From Utricularia gibba (lineage: Eukaryota > Plantae > Magnoliophyta), in contig NEEC01000008.1 in assembly GCA_002189035.1 (NCBI GenBank), positions 310,001 through 374,000 of the forward strand: a DNA stretch of 64,000 nt. The letters run 5' to 3'. The position numbers were made by a program, and so were the translations under genes. A model generated the notes under the pieces. That model did no database searches. It saw only the letters and a list, made by a program, of their open reading frames with translations, and was not told where the DNA came from. This document shows positions 13,227-24,889 of the stretch, one piece after another (position 1 is the stretch's first letter; every line of letters begins with the position of its first letter).

Positions 13227-16200
13227 ACTCCTCGGCACTTCAAGTGTAGAGCGGCAGCTTCGACAAAAGAGGGGAAACGGTTGAGAAATACCGAGAAGCG
13301 TTCCCAAGTTGCTTCCTGGATGGGGTACCCTCTCCACTACACCAATAGTGTGACTTAAGATCCTTGACGACGTGCATCAAGGACAACTTCAGGACAGTAC
13401 ACATCAGATGGATCCATCATGGTAGAGTAGTCAGGGGGAGGACCCGAGAATTTCTTCAGCAAAGATACATGGAAAACAGGATGAATGCGGCTGGATGCCG
13501 GCAACTTGAGACGGTAGGCAGCGGCGCCAATACACTTCTCCACCTGGAGCGGGCCATAATACTGAGGTCCCAATTTTGAGGGGGCTTGTTCTCTAATAGA
13601 AACTTGGCGCAATTGTCGAAGCCTAAGCCAAACCCAGACCCCTAGTCTAAAGGTGACTTCATGGTGATGACAATCGTGGTAAGACTTCATACGTTCTTGA
13701 GTTGCTTTGATGTGACCCCTTAAAATGGCTAACATGCCAGTCCTCTTGCACAATAGCAGGTCCAAATCAATAGCAATTGATTCCTGTGGGTGATATTGTC
13801 GGAGGGTTGGAGGGGTTCTGCCATAAACAACTTCGAATGGTGTCATCTGGATAGCAATATGATAACTGGTGTTATAGGCATATTTCGCCCAAGATAACCA
13901 AGAGGACCAATCAGTGGGTGGCAACCAGAGAAGGCTCGTAGATATGATTCCAAAACACGGTTTGTGACTTCTGTCTAGCCATCCGCCTACGGGTGATAAG
14001 CCGAGCTGAAGAAAAGTTGGGTGCCACTGAGCCTGAAGAGTTCTTGCCAAAATCGACTAGTGAAGACCGGATTGCGATCACTAATGACATCTTGAGGTAG
14101 TCCATGTAACTTCAAAATATTATTAAAGAAAACCTTAGCAACTTTCTTCGCCGTAAAAGCTCGTTTCAAAGGGATGAAATGAGCATACTTCGATAGCCTG
14201 TCAATTACTATCATTATCATGGAGAAGCCTTGAGATTCAGATAGCGAAACGATGAAGTCTAGGGACAAACTAGCCCAAATCGCCGACACGACAATTAGAG
14301 GTTGAAGAAGTCCTGCAGGCTGCAGGGTCTCTACCTTATTTTGCTGACAATTTCGACACATTTTCAAAACTTCAATGACATCTTTCTTCATCCCATTCCA
14401 ATAATAATCCTGCTTAAGCCTTTGGAATGTTTTACCAACACCCTCATAGAATAGATTGTGTGATTGAGTCACTAGTGTAGAGATCAACTTAGATTGGCAA
14501 GGCAGGGCAATCCAACGCTTGAAATACAATACCCCGTTAGTTAGCTCCCAATGAGGATGGCCTTGGAAATGGGCAACAAAATCGGGATATTTGAGCTGCT
14601 CCTCCTGTGCAACCCACAAGGCGTCTGGAAGGACAAGGGAGAGGGCTGCAAGGGAAGATCCGGGTGTTTCATATTTCCAGGATAGCACATCAGCAGCTCG
14701 ATTAGTTCTTCTGGTCTTATATTCCACGGTGAAAGAGTATGCCAAGAGTTTGGCAACCCAATGTTGTTGGGGCAGCATGTGTAGCTGTTGATCAAGGAGG
14801 TATTTCAATGGACAATGATCAGTTCTCACCACAGAAGATCGACTGAAATAGGAGATCGGATGATTGTCTTGCATCAACACAGCACCTATTCCAACATTGG
14901 ATGCATCACACTCAATAATAAAGGGGCGGTGGAAATCAGGTAAGGCCAAGATCGGCGTGGATGTGAGGGAGTTCCTTCAATCGAGCGAAAGCTCAGATAG
15001 CTTTGGGACTCCAAAGAAAATTAGTCCGGCGTAGTAGCGCAGTAAGTGGGGCTGTCACAGACCCATAATCTTTGATGAACCGACGGTAGTAGCTCGCTAG
15101 ACCCAGAAAAGATTTCAGTTGAGAAGGATCCCGTGGGAGAGGCCATGCAGCAATAGTCTCTAATTTGGCAGGATCAATTTCCACTCCGTTAGCAGAGACA
15201 ACTTGACCTAGGTATTTAATCTCAGACTTCAAGGTGCATTTAGATCCTTTCAATTATAATTGGCTGTCTTGCAATCTCTGGAAAACCTTACCCAAGTGGA
15301 TCATGTGCTCTAAGAGTGTCGGGCTGTAGACAAGAATATCATCGAAATAAACTAAAACAAACTTCCTCATCATATCATAAAAAACTTCATTCATTAACCG
15401 TTGGAAGTTGGAGGGTGCATTAATCAGTCCGTAGGGCATCACCAGGTACTCAAAATGGCTAGCATGAGTGCATATCGCTGTTTTCTCAATCGAATCAGTA
15501 GCCATGTGAACCTAATTAAACCCCGTACGAAGATCAAGCTTGGAAAAATATTTAGTCCCCTCAAATTCCTCTAAGAGTTCTTCAATGATGGGGATGAGGA
15601 TGGGGAACTTGACAAGAATGGTGATTTTATTCAGACAACGATAGTCTTCACATAGTCTCCAGGTACCTTCCGCCTTAGCAACAAGAGTGATGGGTGATGC
15701 AAAAGGCGAAGATGAAGGCCTAATGATCCCCTTTGATAGCATATCTTGACATTGCTTCTCAATCTCTAACTTCATATAATAGGCGGACCGATAGGGTCGT
15801 AGGGCCATCGGGCAGATCTTGGCTCAAGAAGAATACAATGGTCACAAGAACGAGACGAGGGACTTTGGCTCCTGAAAAATATCCTCATATCACTGCACTA
15901 GCTCAGAGATGAGGGTCATAGAGAAACACGAAGCCTTGGGAGGGGATTGTTGCATGCCAACCAAAAGGTATCTCCTTCCTCTATGTTCAAACAACATATG
16001 TTTCGATCGAAAATTTAAGATCACGTCACCCAATTTCATCAACCACTTCACTCCAAGAATGACATCATAGTGTAGCTTATCAATAATGGTGAAAGAAAAG
16101 CGCTCTTGGAATTCCCCTAGCTGCACCATAACATCATCCGCTCCTTCAGAAACTGTGACTTTGGCTTCATCGGTAGCCAGCCACACAACACGTCTTGCAT

Positions 16201-17342
16201 GGGGTTGTATGTCGAGTCTGAGAGCCATGGCGGTCTCTCATTTAATAAAGTTGTGGGTGCTGCCCGTGTCCGCCAGAACATATACTAGGTGATCAGAAAT
16301 TTTCCCCTTGAAGACTAACTAGTCAGGTTCCTTGGGTCCTTTCTGGGGGCCAATCACTGCGTTCATAGATAGGAGATGCTCTCCCTCTACCTCCTCATTT
16401 TCGATAGTGGAATCCTCATGCACATTATCATAGACAACAACATCAAAGAGCTGCTTACATTGATGACCTAGCCAGTACTATTCGTCACAATGAAAACATA
16501 AGTTGAGCCTGCGACGCTCGACGACCCCCTTGCTAGTCATTTTCCTCTTAGCAGGTAGTTCAGGTATGAGAGCTAGTCGTGCCATTGTTATTGTTAATTT
16601 CTCACTGAACTTCTCAACAGGCCTTGTCTGGAGCCGGATCCCTCGGGCTATCGCCATCACCTCATTGAGAGAGGTGGGTTTGAGGTGACCCACTTCCCGA
16701 CACAAGGGTTCTAATAGACCATGTATATAAATATGCACAAGATCAAGTTAATTCATAGAATTCATCATGGACACGATTTTCTCGAAGAATTGATTATATG
16801 CATTCAAGTTGCCAAACGAGTTCTGAATTTGTAACAAGTCCCTCAAACTCGAGTGAAGCCGTCGCGTCTAAATAACGTTGTACACAGGCATTTCGAAAAT
16901 CTGTCCAAGTAATGGCTGGATTGTGGCGTAGAAGCATTAAAAACCAGGCTTGTGTCTTTCCTAACAGGTGACAAGGAATGTAGGCCATTTTGCGGTGCTC
17001 TGGAATCCCATGGAGTTGGAAAACAAATTCACAGCGACTAAGCCAAGATATCGGGTCGGATGTTCCGTCGAAATCAGGGAGTTCCATCTTGTCTAGGATG
17101 ACTGGGATGACAGAATTGGTTGGGGGAAAGGTGCTTCCAGCAGGGGCATTAGCAAAGGAGGGAGGTTCAGGCGACGTTTGTTGCGATTGCTACATTAAAA
17201 GAATCTCAATCTTTGCAGATACATTTGCCATCATAGCACGCATAGCAAAGGAGCTTGCTTCCAGGTTGTCCAGTCAACCGCCAAAACGTCCGATGGCCAT
17301 CTCCTCATTGGGAATGTCATCACCTTCAGAAACATTGGGCAT
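13227..17342 (-). pseudogene. gag-pol of chromovirus copy A (gag, protease, RT, RNase H, integrase, chromodomain), frameshifted
   Basis: MELPDFDGTSDPISWLSRCE (gag); SPFASPITLVAKAEGTWRLCEDYR and LVYFDDILVYS (RT); [24 protein letters not shown] (RH); IDRLSKYAHFIP..VISDRNPVFTSRFW (INT); VLVHWSGYPIQEATWE (chromodomain). Confidence 0.92.
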
Positions 17343-17363
17343 GGTGTGATTTCCGGATGAGGG

Positions 17364-17380
17364 CCTTTCCTCTAGCGCCA
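17364..17380 (-). other. Primer-binding site TGGCGCTAGA(GGAAAGG)
   Basis: Lies 4 nt inside the 5' LTR, starts with TGG, and is not the tRNA-iMet PBS TGGTATCAGAGC. From recall it fits the plant tRNA-Asn 3' end (..CTAGCGCCA). Confidence 0.6.
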
Positions 17381-17384
17381 AAGA

Positions 17385-17689
17385 TGATAAGACTTTAAAT
17401 CAAGAACGGATTAAAGTACCCAGTTTGCACAAAACAAAGAACATCAGAACAAAGTTCAGCACAAGGTGCTCATTAAATGAGTAGCAACAAAAGAGAGAAA
17501 ATAGGAAAGAGAGCAACCTCCAGGTGGCACTTCAGTAGCCTTCAGGCTCTGAGTACTCGTTCAATTCCAACCTCTCCCCAACGATAGGGATATGCAACTT
17601 AAGATTCTACATTTGGGTTGCATTTGAAGTTGGACTTGTTATTCTTATTGTAAGTAGTGGACTCGATCCATGAAGTGAGGTCTACATCA
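17385..17689 (-). repeat. LTR (5' LTR), 305 bp, TG...CA
   Basis: tgataagactttaaatc...tctacatca, followed by GACTA. Confidence 0.9.
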
Positions 17690-17770
17690 GACTATCAGAA
17701 AAAAAAATTGAAAACATATGAATACAAAAGATGATTAAGGTGTTGTATTTCACAGCCGAGCAGCCATCCA

Positions 17771-19359
17771 TCATCTGTTCCATTCCAACTCTGCAGCATT
17801 TGTAGGATTAGCACTGCCAACATGACCAGACTCATCAGGCCTTACAGCGTTTGCGAAAGTATTCCACCCCAATAGGTGCGGCACTATGAACTGCTTCCAC
17901 ACAAGGTTATCAGCAGAAAGGCCAGAGATTCATTCTTGCGTTTCAAGGAAAAGAAACAAAGTATTACTTTAAAAGATGATACAAGAACAGCTAACTCTGC
18001 CTTGGTGATGGGGATGTATATGCTCTCATCCACATTTGTCAACTTGTTTTGAACACCTTCACAGCAGAGAGGAACCAATTGAGCCGGAAAGAAATTGATC
18101 ATTTTCATTTATGCTAACCAGAAAACAATATTTGTAAGAGGAAAAGAGGGGTACTCAGATTGAAGAAGTGGCCAGAACGATCAGGCAAAGGCTCCACCTT
18201 TAAAACTTTCCTTACTCTACCCTCATCACTGCAACAGTAAAGGGCAAAAGGAACCACAAATGAAAAGACATGCAAGACAACATTGGAGTGATCATGTGTT
18301 GGTTCAAGGGAAACTGCTATTGCACTTCCGATGAACCATCACCAAAGCGAATATGTCTCATGAATTCAGTATTGTTGTTACTGTAAAATATACAAGGATC
18401 CCTTTGCCATCTTACCTTTTCCCTTTAAATGGATCGTGAAAGAACTCAAAAGAATCCCTTGCCCCTAAGCTTATGATGGTTCCAATCTCAGTCACCGACA
18501 AGGAGAATACCTGGGGATAGCCAAAGGAAAATACAAAAATTCACAGAAGGATGTTAACATGGGAATGCGCAAGTTCTGCCAGAAGTGTGATGGTTGTTGA
18601 TATCTGTTCATTCAAACAGTAAAAATCAAGGTAGCCCACATTTTGGGAAATATTACATTACTGAAACGTTCTTACAGGTTTCATGAACACAAGGATGTCT
18701 TAAACATTAACAAATGTAAGGACAATGCAAGAAAATTCAATTACCTGTTTCCTACTCCAGTCATATTGACGAGTACCGACACCAGGAGCAAACTGAAGCA
18801 AAACGAAGCCCTCCCTCGATATCTTAAATGCCCCAGACTGCTCAGGTACAGTTATGAAGCAATTTAGACGAAAAAGAAACGCAGAACACACGGACAGGAT
18901 GAAGAAGAGCATCGAGTAACTTACACCCAAAGGAGAGAACTCTGGAGGCCTTGGTTCCACCGTAAGAGCAGCTTTCCCTTTATACACCGAGAACCCCACA
19001 TAAACCCTGGATGGCATTTGCCCTATTCAAGAAACATAGAAAAACGGCATGAAATCCCAGGACGCACACAAGACCGGAAGACGAGTAAAAAGGAATACAT
19101 TTATCAACTCACCAGGCTGTGCGGGCAAAGAAGATTCATAATTTGAAAACCCCTGTTGATGTTGATTTTGTTCTTTAGGTGTCAAACACTGAGCATTCAC
19201 GACGAACTGGCGTTTTCCATGCGGGGTGATAGCACACGCTTCTCCTTTTCTTCCAGGGAGGAATATAACAGACGGAGCAGCCGGGATGTTGGAGGATAAC
19301 CCACTGTTCAGGAACCAAGCTCTCCCTGTTGGGTTCGCAGAGAGGCTGGGAGTCAACAT
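17771..19359 (-). CDS. WHY1: WHIRLY ssDNA-binding protein, plastid type (7 exons)
   Basis: [73 protein letters not shown]-terminal ..ELEWNR*; N-terminus resembles a transit peptide; GT-AG introns. Confidence 0.93.
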
Positions 19360-19609
19360 TCTTTTTGAAAGAACTCGGACAAATCCGAAGGGGGTGTCCA
19401 AGGCTAAACGGAGCGGTTTTAGAGCGCATCCGATACATTTTATTGCACCAAAATCAGATGCTTTTTTGTACCATGTCAGTACTTAGCAACCTTGTACGAC
19501 CTAAGCTAGCACTTACCGGTGTCATGCCCAAGTGTCGAACATGCGGGGTTGGATACAATACATGATCTGTGGTGAAGAAACAGTTTGATTTTGATTTTCC
19601 ATTGCAACG

Positions 19610-21208
19610 ATGTTGGGATTGCCAGCTTCCTTTAAATGCCCACCAATTTTCCTTCATCCTCGGTCGTCATCCTCCGTCGTTTTTCTCCCGGTTCTACAGA
19701 AGGGTTTCTCGTCTCTTAAGACCACCTGCTCTAGGAATCTGATTTCTGGTGGACATAAATCGAGAACCCTTTGTTCTTCCGCCTCCGTCGATTTCCATGG
19801 CCGCCGTGCCCCAGCTAAAGATTCTCATGCCCAGGTTTTTTCTGTTGTTAAGGAATCTCTGGTTTTTCCTGCAGTATCCGTCTAAAGATCCCCCTTTTAA
19901 AACCTTAGGGAGGGGAACCATTCCTTCGAAGCGTCTTGGCAGCCATGGAGGTGGTTTATTTGAATAGGAATCCAACAGCAAAGTCTATTTTGGAGCTTGT
20001 TCGCTCGCTCGATGATGATCGTATATGCTACGATCATTTTGCTTTTCGGACATTCGGTGTAATGCTTGCTGTTCCTCATTTTGTGTTGGAATGATTTTTC
20101 AAGAATATTGAAAACGGGATCTTGTGGTGTCTCAGGTGAATGGCCACGGAATCAATTCCATGGCCAATTTTTTTCTAGATCTCGGTTATGTACAAAGAGA
20201 AGAGCTGAGGTTCCCAGCAAAGAATTTGAAAGCATTGTGGTTTTCACCCCCGAATTCGAGCTCAGATGCCGGAGAAGGTGTGGATGGTCCCCTGCCCCGG
20301 ATATTTATTTCAGAGCTTCTTGTTGATCAAATGAGCCCAGAGGCGCAGGTCTGTACTTGTGGCCTATTCATCCCTGCTCCTGATGTTTTCATGAATAAAG
20401 GGTTAGTTCCATTGTTTCTGAGTGTAGAAAATAATTCAGAAGTACACCCATTCATCAGGAAACAGAAGTATTTATGCAGCTTTGGCTAGTTCTGTTGGAA
20501 GTTTAACTTGGGAAAAGCCATCATACTCAGAGTATCGTCAGTTAGCTAGGTATGTAATGTATGAATGGACGTCCATTTTCCATGTTCTGTGAGTTTCCTT
20601 TTCGGGTGTTTCCTGTTGAAACTGGTGTGCTTTGCCCAGGGAGAGTGAGTATGCGGCCTGGACTCTGGTCAATGGGTACACATTAAATCATGTTACGATA
20701 TCGACTCACCGACTGAAGTCGCATTTACAGTCCATCAGGAATCTCAATAAATTTGTTGAGGAGAATGGTTTCAGGTTGAACTCCGAAGGTGGAATACTGA
20801 GAGGTACGGGTTTTCTTCAGCCTTCCAGAATGGAGTTATGCATTGGGTGACATGTTTGTCTCCTTGTTTTTCACACCAGTAAGCCCAGATGGGCTGTTGT
20901 TGCAAAGCTCAACTGTGGCAGATTCGGGTTCCTTTGAATTTGCTGAAGGAATTACAGAATCCATCCCGCGATGTTACATCGAATTCGCTGAACGACTTGT
21001 CCTCCCAGAATTCAAGAGTCTACTCAAGGATGAGGTTTTTATTTTTTTCTTTTCCTTGCAATCCTACATTTTTCCTCTTCTTTCAAACACTCTTTCCTCT
21101 GTGACTTAGGTCCAAGAGATTCACAGAAGAGATGGCTTTGAGGTTGGAAATGCAGACAAGATATTCGAAAGCACATCCACAGGTCAGATTACTAGAAAGA
21201 ATGCCTGA
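19610..21208 (+). CDS. DUF1338 protein, 2-oxoadipate dioxygenase/decarboxylase (HGLS, rice FLO7-like), probably plastid-targeted
   Basis: YLNRNPTAKSIL..ICYDHFAFRTFG, LGYVQREELRFPAKNLKALWFSPP, SEYAAWTLVNGYTLNHVTIS, QSSTVAD..YIEFAERL, RRDGFEVGNADKIFEST. Confidence 0.88.
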
Positions 21209-21372
21209 GTCCCAGAACAGATGCTGTTGTTTATGTTAGTAATGCCATCAGTAGTGTATCAGGACTCAGAGCAGTAAGCAAAACTGAAATAACATGTAAA
21301 AGTGGCTCAATCCCTGTCTACGGATGGTTGTAATTGCCAGTTTTAATCTTGCATGATGCGTGTCGAAGTTTT

Positions 21373-23132
21373 CTACGGTTTTGAATTCTGATTCGGCTGC
21401 TGATGAAAGTGAGAAGAAGCATGAGCATTCCTTGGAAACTTCCGGGTGTTCCTTGAGAGTGATTCCTGATGCCTGAGGCGATTGTTCCAGTTCATGTTCC
21501 GGGTGCCCGGGAGGTAGTTACATGAGCTGGCCATGTCCTTGAGGTTTGACAAGGATTTCATGGCGTCGATGACTTCACTCATCAGTGGCCTCGCTTTGGC
21601 ATCCCGGTTCAGGCACCGACCAGCCAGGTAGGCAGCTTTACGGGCGCCGATGATCGAGAAATGACCCTCCAGCCGAGGATCTACCAGCCGATAGAAATGC
21701 CTTCTGTCACCGAGATACGGCCTCGCCCACTCCACAATGTTCTGCTCCCCGGTGGGCCGGCTTTTATCCATTGATCGTCTGCCTGTGATTATTTCAAGAA
21801 GCACCACCCCGAAGCTGTAAACATCGCTTTTCGTCGTGAGATGGCCTGCGGAGCACCAGAGAACACTTGATACACACACATGGGGTTCGCCATAGGTAAA
21901 AAGTAAGCTTGTTTTTTTGCCTGTCATGACGTATTCAGGGGCAGCATAGCCGTAGGTGCCCATCACACGAGTAGAAACATGCGTCTTGCCGTCGTCTGGA
22001 GCATCCTTAGCAAGCCCCAAGTCGGAAAGCTTCGCATTGTATTCCTGAGATAACGATGAACTCCACTGAGATCATGGATAGTGGTGAAGTTTTGATCGGC
22101 AAATGTGAGCTCACGGAGTCCAGAAGGATGTTGGACGTCTTGAAATCACGGTAGATGATTGGTCTCTCGGCTTCCTCGTGCAGAAAAGCCAGTGCCTTCG
22201 CAGCACCCACAACTATCTTCATTCTTATGGACCAGGGAAGAGGCAAAGATCCTGGAGGACATGAGAGAAAGAGTTCGTCAGACAAGTGAAGGGACGGAAT
22301 CAAGGGGCTAGTAGCAGCACACATACTTCGAAACAGATGGTTCTCTAAGCTCCCTCGCGGCATGAATTCGTAGACGAGCAGCCTTTGGTCGTCTTCGATA
22401 CAGTAGCCGACCAGCTTAACCAGATTAGGGTGCACGAGATCACCCAAAAACTTGACTTCCGCCTGCGAAACAGCGTATCAGAAATGCTACAAAATGCCGG
22501 AAACGATGAACACACATGAGAAGGGAGGGATCGGACCAGCCACTCCCTGTGGCCTTGAAGCCCGTCATGATTCAGAATCTTGACAGCAACAGTGAGACCT
22601 GTTCCTGGTTTTACTGGAGCAGTTCCATTTTGTTCAATCCACCCCTTGAAGACACAACCAAATCCCCCTCACCAAGAAGAGATTCCGGTCTGAAGTTTCG
22701 TGTAGCTAACTTAAGATCATTGAATGAAAATTTGCGCAGGCTCGAGGATATTTTGAGCTCCTCTTCAAGTTTGAAGCTAGAAGATGTACTTCCAGCATTA
22801 CTTGCAGAGGTCGATGCGACTGGCAGGAAAACTGCTTGGTCTCGGCTCCTATCGTTAGTTAACGACTTGCCTTCTGTTGGCATGATCAAAGAGAGGACAA
22901 ATAAGAAGAGAACTCCGGTTTCTGACTCACCAAAAATGGCATCAAGACGAACAGATAAAGATGAAGACAGGCCGTTCCCAGAGAATGAAACAGTACCACG
23001 AGTGCTGATGCCACTGATAGAGGTATCTACTTTAGATCTTGAACTGAAGCAGCAGGCGAAAAAACTCATGCGAGTGCATTCAATCTCCTGTATATCTTTT
23101 TTCATCACATTCTTGGGATTTTTGGCTTCCAT
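21373..23132 (-). CDS. Receptor-like cytoplasmic kinase, RLCK-VII (PBL34/35/36-like); one apparent 1-nt frameshift in the Gly-rich loop
   Basis: [93 protein letters not shown]. Confidence 0.92.
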
Positions 23133-24889
23133 GCTCCAGACTCATCAAAATTCCAAGAAGTCAATCAGAAGCCTAACAACAAGTGGAAACCAACGCCATT
23201 TCAAAACCAAAACTACAAGATGGCGAGGACTCATCTACGTTCAAGAAGAGATTTTGCTGAACATCCCTACAAAATCAGACGACCCCAGAAGAAGAATATA
23301 ACATGAACCCGGTTCCACAAAATGTGCATACCATACCAACTAATCGCGTTCCGAGTCTTAACCTACGAAACAGGGAACTTTGAAGGTGAAGCTGCCATCA
23401 AATCCTGAGATGTGAAATTGTTGGGAGTCACCATCATTTGGAGGAAAAAAGGTGCATCATCTCCGACCCCACGATTCCAAATTCCATTCCCATGCCGCAA
23501 CTGCATCAAAACAACTTGAGAGGATGCAGACAAGGCCACTTTAAGTGAAAAATGAAAACCGCATGCTCCCAGGTATATCAATAACCAACAAAAGCAAAAC
23601 CTTTTGAGACATATTATTGCGTTGTTTGATATCTTGTCACAGCCCCATAGGTTGCTCTCGTCTCCTCCCTACATCCACCTCTCCAAATTAAAACCTTTTT
23701 TGGAAAATAAAACTTTACTACAACCAAAACCGGTGTTGTCTTAACAGAGCGCATGTGAGCAATGAATGAATTGCCAATATAATCAGGAACCATTGGACGG
23801 ATACATTTCCGCTCCAACAACATTCATGTTCAACGTAAAGGCAAAGTCTTTATTTATGATTTAATTCAAAAAAGGTTTCCAGCACATCACATGCGGCTGT
23901 GGGCACAATCATTGAATCCCCCGAGTGACCCTGAGATACCAATGAGATGCACTCGATCCATCATCTACCCATCCAAATCAAAACCCGGTTGCATTGGCAT
24001 CCTAATCTATACTGAACCCGGTTCTTTATCTGCTCGTGTTTTCAAAATCTGCAGTCCTCCTGCCCTACCAAAACAAACAACTTCGCTCGCTTGTTGACTT
24101 CCGGGGTCTGGTTCCTGAAATTGGGCCAAAGTTAACTTCGTGGGCCTCAGCCCATTATCCCAGATATATTAATTATTCACAGGCCTTTAGTTTCCAGGCC
24201 CGCCCTTTTGGAGTACGGGCTGGAAAGACCAGCTTCCGCGTCGGACGCGGCATCATTAATGAGAAAATGGACATCGGACAACAGCAGATGACCGGAATTG
24301 ACTGGGCCAGTTTTTGTTGAGCTCTTGTCCTCTCATCATGGCTTTGGGGCATCTTGCTTCCAATCGCTGAAGAGGAATGACGCCGGCCAAACGGTAATAA
24401 CAACCTCCGACGACCAGAGGAAAGACTCCCGTCCACTCACGACGTCTGACAGAAGAACTCCACGGAACCACGAGATGAGGAGCCCGAATCGATCAGCATT
24501 CAGCCCCCACACAATCACTTCTTTAAAGACACGTGACTGAGTTTTGACGATGCTGAAGTGCACCCGCATATGCATTATGCACGTGGTGCCACTTCCTGGC
24601 TCCTCCTAAAAATTCCAATCAAGACGATAATCATTGCTAAACTGCACAAACTGCTCATTCCGTACACTTTCTGGGAGCTTTCCCACTTTTACCAATAAGA
24701 GTTGGTGAAATTTTGTCATCCAGCATATAGCTTTTAGTTCTTTAAAGTTTGAGTTTGTAAAAATGATTTGAAGAAGACAATAAAAATTTGTTGGGTTGGG
24801 AGTTGGGTGGTGTGCGGTGTGTATAAATAAAGAGTACAGGACCCAACACAACGTAGCGGTTCATATTTGAGTGGGGGAGAGGATTGGGG

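Larger units (their letters stand above)
3805..17689 (-). mobile_element. Composite Ty3/gypsy chromovirus (Reina-like): three related LTRs and two internal regions, bounded by a 5-bp TSD GACTA
   Basis: GACTA at 3800-3804 and 17690-17694; TG start at 3805, CA end at 17689; related LTRs at 3805, 12932 and 17385; gag-PR-RT-RH-INT-chromodomain remnants on the minus strand. Confidence 0.8.

Noticed and set aside
22516-23301. 261-aa plus-strand ORF
   Set aside because: Antisense shadow of the RLCK kinase exons and introns; no recognisable motifs.
24150-24600. Several overlapping 70-90-aa ORFs between the kinase and NPF genes
   Set aside because: No family match; more likely promoter or 5' UTR sequence.
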